Shown piece after piece: positions 37,374 through 46,110 of a stretch of DNA of 64,000 bases. Both the position numbers and the translations under genes were made by a program. Source of the stretch: an uncultured Chloroflexia bacterium (lineage in GTDB: Bacteria; Chloroflexota; Limnocylindria; Limnocylindrales; CSP1-4); the NCBI GenBank assembly GCA_963782715.1, contig CAWAKU010000006.1:86960-150959 (forward strand), read 5' to 3'. Under the pieces are notes generated by a model that saw nothing but the letters and a program-made list of their open reading frames with translations, did not search any database and was not told where the DNA came from. Position 1 is the stretch's first letter; every line of letters begins with the position of its first letter.

Positions 37374-37976
37374 TCACAGGTTGGCCCTCAGCGTATCCAA
37401 CCACAGGAACGAGATGTAGCCGACGGCACCGAGCGCCAGCGCCGGCAGGACCGCGACATAGGCCCGCCACCGATCGCCCATCGTCCGCCCGAAGACCAAC
37501 GGGACGACCAACCCGACGATGACGAACCCGAGCCCGACCGCCGCCTCGGGCAGGATCCTGGTCAGGTACAGGCCTTCGGCGATCGCGACCGCGGCGAGCA
37601 GTCCGATCGCGCCGGCTCGCCGCCATCCGTCGCCGAACCGCCACGTCCAGCCGGCGATGCCGAACACGGGACCGCCGACCAGCGCGCCGAGGCCCCAGAA
37701 CACGAGCGACCCGGTCGAAGCGCCGTAGCCATAGCGCAGCTCGATCATGGCGTAGTAGCCGACGAGCGCGAACACGAGCGCCCCGAACCCCGACGCCGCC
37801 GCCCAGCGTCGGTCCGGCATCCGCGAGCCGAGCAGGAACGCGGCCAGCAGCCATGGCGAGATCGAGTTGGCGGCGTGCGAGACGCCGTCTGGCAGAGCGC
37901 TCTGGCCGATCTGCGTGGCCACTCCCACGAGCAGCCCGACGGCGACGACGAGGCCGACTCGTCCGCCCGGACTCAT
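37374..37976 (-). CDS. Hypothetical membrane protein
   Basis: 200 aa with 5-6 TM segments. Its start overlaps the gltX stop by 4 nt. Confidence 0.55.
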   Translation of the reverse strand: MSPGGRVGLVVAVGLLVGVATQIGQSALPDGVSHAANSISPWLLAAFLLGSRMPDRRWAAASGFGALVFALVGYYAMIELRYGYGASTGSLVFWGLGALVGGPVFGIAGWTWRFGDGWRRAGAIGLLAAVAIAEGLYLTRILPEAAVGLGFVIVGLVVPLVFGRTMGDRWRAYVAVLPALALGAVGYISFLWLDTLRANL

Positions 37977-39463
37977 GGCGCCGGAAGGATCTCGATGGCC
38001 CGGTCGAGCCGCTCGAGGGTCCGATCGAGCCCGAGCGCGACGATGGTGTCGAACAGGGGCGGCGTGGCGGTCCGACCGGTGATCGCGACACGGATGGCCA
38101 TGAACAGGTCACCGACCTTCCAGCCATGCGCCTCGGCCAGGGCACGCAGCGGCGGCTCGAGCTCGTCAGCCTCGAACGACACCCCGTCGGCGTCCGCGAT
38201 CGTCGCCCGCGCCGCGAGGAGGCCCCGGTAGGTCGTCGCCGCGTCCCAGCGCTTGGGCACGAGCAGGGCCGGGTCGTAGCTCAGCTCGCGGACCCACAGG
38301 AACCCGACCAGGTCGCCGATCGCGCCGAGTCTCGGCAGGCGCTCGGTGATGATCGGCAGCAGCGCAGTCAGCTCCTCGTCCGAGGGCATCGTGTCGATCC
38401 GGCCGGCGGCATAGTCGGCCTCGACGAACGGCCGCAGGCGATCGATCAGGTCGTCCGGGTCGAGCCGGCGGATCCATTGGCCGTTGAGCCACTCGAGCCG
38501 CTCGCGGTCGAACACGGCGCCGCCCTTGTGGACGTGGTCGAGCTCGAAGCGCTCGACGATCTCGTCGATCGACAGGACCTCCTCCTCCGTCCCGGTCGCC
38601 CAGCCGAGGAGAGCGAGGTAGTTGACGAGCGCCTCGCGGATGAACCCTTCGGCGATGTAGTCGGACACCGCGGTCTGGCTCTTGCGCTTGCTCATCTTGG
38701 TCCGGTCGGGATTGAGGATGAGCGGCAGGTGGGCGAAGGCCGGCTCCGGGTAGCCGAGTGCGCGGAACAGCAGGATGTGCTTGGGCGTGTTCGACAGGTG
38801 GTCCTCGCCGCGGATGACGTGGCTGATCTCCATCGCGGCATCGTCGACGACGACGGTGAAGTGGTACAGCGGCGTCCCGTCGCCACGGACGATGACGAAG
38901 TCACCACCGAGGTTGGCGACGTCGATCTCGACCCGGCCGCGGACGATGTCGTCGAAGCCCACCACGCCGGTGCCGACCCGGAACCGGATCGCGGCAGGCC
39001 GTCCCTCAGCTTTACGCGTGGCACGTTCCGCCGGCGTCAGCGTGGCACAGCGGCCGACGTACCGCGGCGGCTCCTTGGCCGCCTCCTGGGCCTTGCGGTC
39101 CGCGTCGAGCTCCTCGGCAGTGCAGTAGCAGGGGTAGGCCTGGTCCGCTGCGAGGAGACGGTCGGCAGCCTCCGCGTACAGCGGCAGGCGGAGCATCTGG
39201 CGATACGGGGCGAACGGACCGCGGGCGGCCTCACCGGCGACCTCGGGTCCCTCATCCCAGTGCAGGCCCAGCCAGTGCAGCCCATCGAGGATGTCCTTCT
39301 CGTAGGCGATCGAGCTGCGGGCCTGGTCGGTGTCCTCGAGGCGGAGGATGAACGTGCCGCCGACGTGCCGCGCGAAGAGATAGTTGAAGAGCGCCGTCCG
39401 CGCGGTCCCGATGTGGAGCGGCCCGGTCGGACTCGGGGCGATGCGGGCGCGCGGGGTCGTCAT
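37973..39463 (-). CDS. gltX: Glutamate--tRNA ligase
   Basis: HIGH motif (PSPTGPLHIGTAR) and KMSKR (KMSKRKS). Confidence 0.9.
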   Translation of the reverse strand: MTTPRARIAPSPTGPLHIGTARTALFNYLFARHVGGTFILRLEDTDQARSSIAYEKDILDGLHWLGLHWDEGPEVAGEAARGPFAPYRQMLRLPLYAEAADRLLAADQAYPCYCTAEELDADRKAQEAAKEPPRYVGRCATLTPAERATRKAEGRPAAIRFRVGTGVVGFDDIVRGRVEIDVANLGGDFVIVRGDGTPLYHFTVVVDDAAMEISHVIRGEDHLSNTPKHILLFRALGYPEPAFAHLPLILNPDRTKMSKRKSQTAVSDYIAEGFIREALVNYLALLGWATGTEEEVLSIDEIVERFELDHVHKGGAVFDRERLEWLNGQWIRRLDPDDLIDRLRPFVEADYAAGRIDTMPSDEELTALLPIITERLPRLGAIGDLVGFLWVRELSYDPALLVPKRWDAATTYRGLLAARATIADADGVSFEADELEPPLRALAEAHGWKVGDLFMAIRVAITGRTATPPLFDTIVALGLDRTLERLDRAIEILPAP

Positions 39464-40194
39464 CCGCGGGTCGGGACGTGGTGGAACAGGGCCGGGTCCG
39501 CCTCGCCCGGCAGGACCCGGACGAGCGCTGCCGGCCGCAGACCCAGGGTAGCCCGCCCGCGTGGACCGTCGAGGGTGAGCGAGTCGAGCGATTCGCTCCG
39601 CGCCAGGATCGTGATCGAGGCGCCCGGGGTGAGCGCGCGCGCCTCGAGGTAGGACAGCAGCCCGGCATCCTCCTCGGCCTCTTCGGTGATCCGGTAGACG
39701 GTCGCGAGCGAGCCCGCCTCCATCTCGGACAGGCGGATGCCCGGCGGTCGGCGGCGGGCGGTCTCCGCATCGATGGGGTTCCCGTGGGGACAGGTCTCGG
39801 GATGGCCCAGGAGTTCGTCGAGTCGCGCTTCGACCCGCGGCGAGATGGCACCCTGCAGGCGCATCGCCTCGTCGTCCGATTCGGCCCAGCCGAGCCCGAT
39901 GACCGACGTCAGCAGCCACTCGAGAAGGGCGTGCCGCCGGAAGATCCCGTCGGCGGTCGCCCGGCCCGCCGGCGTCAGGTGGAGGTCGCGACCCTCGGCG
40001 TGCGCGACCAGCCCGTCGGCGACGAGACGGCGGAACATCTCGCTGGCGGCCTGGGTGGTGACGCCCAGGTGACGGGCGATCTGCGCGGCCGTCGCCCGGC
40101 CGGCGTCGTCCGAACCGACCATGACGCGCAGCGCCAGCAGGTATTCCTGGGCAGCGTTGGACAGGTCCCGCGGATCGCGTCGTCGAGGAGGCAT
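39460..40194 (-). CDS. DtxR/IdeR/MntR-family metal-dependent transcriptional regulator with FeoA-like C-domain
   Basis: DtxR-family HTH and metal-binding region, with an SH3-like C-terminus. Its stop overlaps the gltX ATG (ATGA). Confidence 0.8.
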   Translation of the reverse strand: MPPRRRDPRDLSNAAQEYLLALRVMVGSDDAGRATAAQIARHLGVTTQAASEMFRRLVADGLVAHAEGRDLHLTPAGRATADGIFRRHALLEWLLTSVIGLGWAESDDEAMRLQGAISPRVEARLDELLGHPETCPHGNPIDAETARRRPPGIRLSEMEAGSLATVYRITEEAEEDAGLLSYLEARALTPGASITILARSESLDSLTLDGPRGRATLGLRPAALVRVLPGEADPALFHHVPTRG

Positions 40195-40198
40195 GATC

Positions 40199-41686
40199 TC
40201 AGGATACGGGACCCGTCCTTGACGAGGGCGAGCGGACGCGTTGCGCGACCGCGATGCCGATGCCGACCAACCAGGCGACGAGCAGCACGGCGCCGAGCGC
40301 GGTCCGCCGCGAATCGCCATCGGCCGCGGATCCGGTGGCCGACAGGACGAGCGCGGCCGCGGCCGCCGCACCAAGCAGGACGAGGGCGCCCATCACCGCG
40401 ATCGACGCGACCGTGGGCTGGAGCAGGAGGAGGGCCAGCACGGCGACCTCGAGGGCCATCGCGATCGGGTCCGCCGCGCCGTCGCAGGTCGCCGCGAACC
40501 GACCGCAGCCGGTGATCTCGCCGACCAGCCACGAGACCCCGAAGGCGATCGGCAGCCAGCCGAGGACCGCGCGAACGACGCGACCGCGGTGACCGCCGAA
40601 CGACGGATCGGTGAGGGCACGGCCGATGTCGGTCATCGCCCGACCGATGTCGGGCGGGGGCGGGACGGGCTCCCGGGGCGTGACCGGTCGCGCGGGGTCT
40701 GCCGCTGCTGCTGTGCCTGTCGGATCGGGTGCCGGGCCGCTGGCGCCGGCCGTGGATTGCCACCAGGACGTGGTCGTGTGGGTCGGGCGGGTCGATCCGC
40801 CCGCAGCCGGCGGAGGGCTTGTCTCGGCCGGTCCATCCGAGTCGGCGGTGTCGGGCGGTTCGGGCGGGTCGAGGGTGCCGGATCGGTCGGCCGGGCCGCC
40901 CGGGCCGCCCGGGCCGCTCGTGCCGCTCGTGCGGGGCCGCGTCGCGCGGCGGGCGCGCGCCTGGTATTCGGGGCCGTGCTTGCGTGGGTCCGCGTACTCC
41001 TTGGGGTTCAGCGTCCAGTACGTGCCACTCGTCGTGCCGTACCAGCTCGCCCCGCGCCAGTCCGGCTCGAAGGGCCCTTCAACGCCGTCGTACGACGTGG
41101 ATCCCAGGGTCGCCTTGTTCTTCTTGCGCTCGCGCGGGCCGCGCGGCGGCGCATCGGACGCACCCGCGCGCGAGCCACCGGCCGAGCCCGTGGAGCTTCT
41201 CGACCCGGTCCGGGCGCTCCCGGTCGATCCCGTCGTGCGGCGGCTCGACCGTGACGTTCCCGGGTCTGATCGCGGTCCGTCGGTCTTCGCACGCGCCCCA
41301 GGAGCCGGCCCAGGCCCCGTCGCCTGCCCCGGATCGTTGGCCGCGGAACCACCCGGCGCCGCGCCACCCGGCGGCTCCGCGGTCCCAGGCCTCGGCCCGC
41401 GAGCTCGCCCGCCGTACGCCCGTCGCGTCGCGTCGCTCCTGTCAGGATCGGCCTCCCACGGCTGCCGCGGCGCCGGCCCGGGTCGTCGCGTTGCTCCCCT
41501 ACCCTCGATCCCGCCGGCAAGCTGCTCGTAGGCAGCCTGGATGGCCAGGAACCGCGGCACGTTCTTCTCGCCGGCGGCGTCGGGGTGGTGGATCTTGGCC
41601 AGCCGTCGATAGGCGCGCTTGATCTCGTCGATCGAGGCGCCGCGGGACAGGCCGAGCGTGCGGTACGGATCCTGGTCGATGGCCAT
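40199..41686 (-). CDS. J-domain membrane protein with a long disordered linker
   Basis: N-terminal J domain (DPYRTLGL ... IHHPDAAGE), about 300 aa of Pro/Gly/Ser/Thr/Arg low complexity, then a C-terminal domain with 4 TM segments. Confidence 0.65.
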   Translation of the reverse strand: MAIDQDPYRTLGLSRGASIDEIKRAYRRLAKIHHPDAAGEKNVPRFLAIQAAYEQLAGGIEGRGATRRPGPAPRQPWEADPDRSDATRRAYGGRARGPRPGTAEPPGGAAPGGSAANDPGQATGPGPAPGARAKTDGPRSDPGTSRSSRRTTGSTGSARTGSRSSTGSAGGSRAGASDAPPRGPRERKKNKATLGSTSYDGVEGPFEPDWRGASWYGTTSGTYWTLNPKEYADPRKHGPEYQARARRATRPRTSGTSGPGGPGGPADRSGTLDPPEPPDTADSDGPAETSPPPAAGGSTRPTHTTTSWWQSTAGASGPAPDPTGTAAAADPARPVTPREPVPPPPDIGRAMTDIGRALTDPSFGGHRGRVVRAVLGWLPIAFGVSWLVGEITGCGRFAATCDGAADPIAMALEVAVLALLLLQPTVASIAVMGALVLLGAAAAAALVLSATGSAADGDSRRTALGAVLLVAWLVGIGIAVAQRVRSPSSRTGPVS

Positions 41687-41740
41687 CGTGTCCGCCTGAT
41701 GGTCGCACGGCGGCGTCGGTCCGGCTGCGGCCGGTCCCGA

Positions 41741-42893
41741 TCAGCCGATGAGCTCGCCGACGGGCGCCAGCTCGAACTCGGCGATGGTCTCGGCGCCGAC
41801 CCGCCCGTGCGGATCGAGGACCGTCGGGCGATGGTAGCGGGCGAGCTCCCGCAAGGCCGCACTGTCGAGGACGCCGGCCTGGCGCAGCGCCTCGACGGAG
41901 GCGGCCCACGTGCCCGCGGTCGTGGCCGTCGCCGTCCTCGATGGTGACCGCCATGCCCGTCGCGGTGGCCACGCTCGTCCCGCTGCGGACGCCGGGTAGG
42001 ATCGCGAGCCCACGCAGCGCCTCCGCGCCGCCCTTCGCGACGAGCCGGCCCTGGGCAGCCTTCATCAGCGAGGTGTCGATCCGGTCGTGACGACCGCCGA
42101 CGAGGTCGGGGTTGGCCAGCATCGCGTCACGCACGATGGTCAATGAGCCCGCCAGGTCGGCGCGCGCGTCGCCGGCGGGGATCGCCTTCGGGTCGGCCAG
42201 CATCGCGTAGGCGCGGGCGACCTCGCGCAGGTGGAACGCGAAGGTCTCGATCCCGCAGCCGTCGATGGCGGTCTTGAGCTTCCCGGTCGTCGTGCCGAAC
42301 ATCCGCGCCACCGCATCACGGAACATGACCTGCGACGGATGGCTTGGCTTCCAGTAGTCGGTCGGATCCCAGCCGTTCATCCGCGACAGCAGCAGAAAGA
42401 CCGTGTGGGCACCCGAGCACATGTGCCGGATCGGACCGGCCTTCTCGCCGTCGCGGGCAAGGCGGGCGGCCGTCAACGCGTCGAGCGGCGCCCCGTCGGA
42501 GCCGTTCTGCAGGTGCGCCTGGCTCACGCCCGACCGGCGATAGAGCCCCTGCAGCGTGCGGACGTGCAGATCCTCGCCCGAGTGCGAGCTGGCCATCACC
42601 GCGATCTCCGCCGGTTCGAGGTCGAAGGCGGCGATGCCACCGGCCTCGATCAGCGCCAGCAGGGCGAACGGCTTGACCGACGAGCGAAGCGTCACGACGC
42701 GATCCGGGTCGCCGAGCTGACGGATGACCCGGCCGGCGATGTCGACCTCGACGATGTCGCCCCGATGGACGCTCTCTTCGATGCCGTTGCGGACGTGCCG
42801 GGCGAGGATCGGCGGGGCGATCCGGGCGCGGGTGGTGGCGCGCGCGGACGCTCGGCCCGGGCGCGGGCTGGCGGAGGCGGCGGGTGCGGGCAC
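41741..42893 (-). pseudogene. L-asparaginase II family (type-II-like) gene disrupted by a frameshift near 41900-41935
   Basis: The N-terminal 320 aa (RSSVKPFALLALIEAG ... GMAVTIEDGDG) are read in one frame. The conserved C-terminus (TWAASVEALRQAGVLD ... ETIAEFELAP) is read in the +1 frame of ORF 41741..42013. The span of 1153 nt is not divisible by 3. The start is a putative GTG at 42893. Confidence 0.5.
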
Positions 42894-43020
42894 GATCGAT
42901 CGGTCTCCGGGTCTGGCGGGCACCGCGGTGGGCGCCGTGGAGGGCGAGGATACCCCTCCGATTGCTAGGATGGGACCCAGACTTCCCGCCCCCTGTTGCC
43001 AGGACGTCCCAGAGGTGAGC

Positions 43021-43662
43021 ATGCCTTCCCTGAACCTGCACGTCTCGCAGCATCCGGCCGTCCTCCACAAGCTCGCCATCCTGCGTGACGAGAAGACCGA
43101 GCCGAAGAAGTTCCGCGAGGTCGTCCGCGAACTGTCGTGGCTCCTGGGCTACGAGGCGCTGGCCGACGTCGCGGTGCGCCCGCTCGAGATCCGGACGCCC
43201 CTGGAGACGATGACCGCCGCGGAACTGGACGCCCGGGTCGGTTTCGTGCCGATCCTCCGGGCCGGGCTCGGGATGGTCGACGCGATGCTCGAGCTGATGC
43301 CGACCGCGCAGGTCTGGCACCTGGGGCTCTTCCGCGACGAGCGGACCCTGCGACCGGTCGAGTACTACAACAAGCTGCCCGACTCCGCGTCGGTGGACCT
43401 GTGCCTGATCCTCGACCCGATGCTCGCGACCGGCGGCTCAGCGACGGCCGCCATCGAGGTCCTCAAGAAGTGGGGTGCGGTCCGGATCAAGCTGGTCAAC
43501 CTGATCGCGGCGCCGGAGGGCGTCGCGGCGGTGACCGAGGCGCATCCCGACGTGGACATCTACTGCGCGGCGCTGGATCGCTCGCTCAACGACAAGGGCT
43601 ACATCCAGCCGGGCCTCGGCGACGCGGGCGACCGGCAGTTCGGGACGGGCCGTTCGGACTGA
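43021..43662 (+). CDS. upp: Uracil phosphoribosyltransferase
   Basis: GAGGTGAG RBS. UPRTase motifs ([17 protein letters not shown]). Confidence 0.9.
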   Translation: MPSLNLHVSQHPAVLHKLAILRDEKTEPKKFREVVRELSWLLGYEALADVAVRPLEIRTPLETMTAAELDARVGFVPILRAGLGMVDAMLELMPTAQVWHLGLFRDERTLRPVEYYNKLPDSASVDLCLILDPMLATGGSATAAIEVLKKWGAVRIKLVNLIAAPEGVAAVTEAHPDVDIYCAALDRSLNDKGYIQPGLGDAGDRQFGTGRSD

Positions 43663-43723
43663 TCGCATCGGGCGCGGCGGCGCGCATCATTCGCGTCAGC
43701 AGGAGGTATGAAACGCGTCACGA

Positions 43724-44200
43724 TCAGTGGATGACCATGACCTTGAGGATGACGATGGCGACGCCGAGGGCGCAGTCGACGGTGGCGACGCCCACCGCGA
43801 ACGCCCAGCTCGAGTGGGCGGACCTGCCGACGGCCAAACCCCAGACGAAGAGCTGCGCCAGGCTGGCCAGCAGGGCAAGGGCGACCGCCGTGTCGACGGA
43901 GACGAACCCGAGATAGGCGAGACCGAGGATGAGCGTCGGGATGACGGCTGCCGTCAACATCGGCGCCTCGTCGCCGGCGATCGCGATCGCCTCGGACTGA
44001 TCGATCGACCCGTGGATGCGCCGATTGACGATGCCGGCCCACACATGGGTGAGCCAGAAGACCACGACCGAGATGATCAATGACAGCCCGAGGAACGTGA
44101 CCGAAAGGTCGTGATACCACTGGACCGCGATCAGGGTCGTGACGAGCAGCGATCCGTACACCGCGGCTGTGTAGTCGCGCTGGTTCGATCGAGGGTCCAC
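43724..44200 (-). CDS. Hypothetical membrane protein
   Basis: 158 aa with 4 TM segments. No family recognised. Confidence 0.5.
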   Translation of the reverse strand: MDPRSNQRDYTAAVYGSLLVTTLIAVQWYHDLSVTFLGLSLIISVVVFWLTHVWAGIVNRRIHGSIDQSEAIAIAGDEAPMLTAAVIPTLILGLAYLGFVSVDTAVALALLASLAQLFVWGLAVGRSAHSSWAFAVGVATVDCALGVAIVILKVMVIH

Positions 44201-44314
44201 CCCGACAAGGTAAGGCTCGCCCGCCGATGGCGAAAGGAGGCCACGTTGGGGCTGGCTGGTGCGACGTCGTTCGGCGCGACTAGCGCTCCGGGAGCCGGGT
44301 CCGGCAGGGTCCTC

Positions 44315-45466
44315 TCACCCGAGCGCGGCGCGCAGAGCCTCGTCGAGGTCGGCCCAGAGATCCTCGACGTTCTCGATGCCGACTGACAGACGACACAGGG
44401 TCGGACCGACGATCGACGCGTCGCCGGCGTACCGGGCGCGACGCTCGATCAGCGATTCGACGCCGCCGAGACTGGTCGCGTGGGTCACCAGCCGCAGTCG
44501 GGCCAGGAACGCCTCGGTCTGCTCGACCGTGCCGGCGACCTCGAAGGACAGCATCGACCCCGACCCGTTCGGCAGGACCCGCACGGCGCGCTCGTGCTGC
44601 GGGTCGCCGGCCAGGCCGGGATAGTTGACCGTCGACACGTGCGGGTGTGAGGCGAGACGGACGGCGAGCTCTTCCGCGGACGCCTCGGCCCGATCGAGCC
44701 GCACGGCGAGGGTTCGCAGGCCACGCAGGGTCAGGAACGCCTCGAGCCCGCCGGGAACGGAGCCGTGATCGTGTCGGTATGTGACCAGGAAGTCGGCATG
44801 CGCATCGTCGCGGCAGACGACCGCGCCGAGCAGCAGGTCCGAGTGACCGGCGATCAGCTTCGTCGCCGAATGCATGACGATATCGGCCCCAAGGTCCAGC
44901 GGGCGCTGGCGCAAGGGCGTCGCGAACGTCGCGTCCACGACGGTGATGGCGCCCAGCTCGCGGGCGCCGGCGGCGATGATCGGGATGTCGGCGACCACCA
45001 TGAGCGGGTTGGCGATCGACTCCACCCAGACCATGTCCGCGCCCACGGCCGCGGCCAGGACGGCGCCAGTGTCATCGGCTGCGGCCATGCGGACGTGCAG
45101 GCGGCCACTCTCCACCATCCGCTCGAAGATGTTGCGAACGCCGAAGTAGGTCACCGTCGACAGCACCACGGTCCCGCCGACCGGCACCAGATCGGCGATC
45201 GCGGTGGTCGCGGCAAGGCCCGATGCGAAGGTCACGGCCCGGCCGCCATCGAGCGCGCCGAGCGCCGTTTCGAGCGCGCCCCAGCCGGCGTTGCCGTCCC
45301 TGCCGTACTCGATGGTGGCGTCCTGGACGTACGTCGAGCTCAGCGTGATCGGCTCGTTCATGGGAGCGCCCGGGACGCGGGCGGGTCGGCCGGCCTGGAC
45401 GGCGACGGTGTCGACATCCCAAGCCGGATCCAGGGCCACGGACGTGGGCTTCAGCGAGTCGGTCAC
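44315..45466 (-). CDS. Cys/Met-metabolism PLP-dependent enzyme (cystathionine gamma-synthase / gamma-lyase family)
   Basis: GAGGAGG RBS with a GTG start. The family has a PLP lysine that here appears in SATKLIAGHSD, together with DTVAVQAG near the N-terminus. Confidence 0.8.
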   Translation of the reverse strand: MTDSLKPTSVALDPAWDVDTVAVQAGRPARVPGAPMNEPITLSSTYVQDATIEYGRDGNAGWGALETALGALDGGRAVTFASGLAATTAIADLVPVGGTVVLSTVTYFGVRNIFERMVESGRLHVRMAAADDTGAVLAAAVGADMVWVESIANPLMVVADIPIIAAGARELGAITVVDATFATPLRQRPLDLGADIVMHSATKLIAGHSDLLLGAVVCRDDAHADFLVTYRHDHGSVPGGLEAFLTLRGLRTLAVRLDRAEASAEELAVRLASHPHVSTVNYPGLAGDPQHERAVRVLPNGSGSMLSFEVAGTVEQTEAFLARLRLVTHATSLGGVESLIERRARYAGDASIVGPTLCRLSVGIENVEDLWADLDEALRAALG

Positions 45467-45625
45467 GGAGTCGGCCTCCTCGAGGCGTTCGGTGTTGCGT
45501 TGACGTCCAACAGAGTGCACTACGCGCCGGGGCCGCGGGGCGGGGATCGATCGCCGGCGTCCACTGCCTCTGGTCCTTCGGGCCATTCGGCAGGTGCAGG
45601 CTCCTCGAGCGCTCGGCACCATGCG

Positions 45626-46102
45626 ATGCGATCGATCCGCGAGGAGCCTGGAATCGTGCCCGTCGTCACCGTGCCGAAGAACCAGCTGATGCTGATCGCC
45701 GGCCTGGTCTGGTGTGCAGCCGGCGCCATGGTCTGCGTGGTCGGGCTGCCGCTGGAGTTCAGGCTGGCGCCCTCGGACCTGGTCCTTGTCCCGCTCGCCG
45801 GAGTGGTCTTCCTCGCCTTCTACGTCTTCGTCTTCTCACGGCTCGTTCGGAAGCACACCGGCCGGGTCCGCGCCCGACCGGAGGATCGGCTTCCCTTCTG
45901 GCACTTCTTCAACGCCTCGTCGTGGGTCGTGATGGCGGTGATGATGGGTGGGGGCATGGCCCTCCGCCTGTCCCATCTCATCCCGGACCCGACGATCGCC
46001 TTCTTCTACAGCGGGCTCGGCGTCGCCCTGTTCCTATGTGGCGTTCGCTTCCTGGGCGTCTTCGCGCGCAAGGACGTTTTGGTCCCCGTCCCCCCCGACT
46101 GA
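45626..46102 (+). CDS. Hypothetical membrane protein
   Basis: 158 aa with 4 TM segments and high GC3. The start is uncertain: ATG at 45626 or GTG at 45656. Confidence 0.4.
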   Translation: MRSIREEPGIVPVVTVPKNQLMLIAGLVWCAAGAMVCVVGLPLEFRLAPSDLVLVPLAGVVFLAFYVFVFSRLVRKHTGRVRARPEDRLPFWHFFNASSWVVMAVMMGGGMALRLSHLIPDPTIAFFYSGLGVALFLCGVRFLGVFARKDVLVPVPPD

Positions 46103-46110
46103 TCAAGGCC

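Noticed and set aside
37853-39652. 599-aa plus-strand ORF
   Set aside because: It lies antisense to gltX, which has confident HIGH and KMSKS motifs. It has no protein-like features.
43724-46102. Two 158-aa membrane proteins (43724..44200 minus, 45626..46102 plus) as a duplicated pair
   Set aside because: The equal length is a coincidence. The sequences show no similarity to each other.
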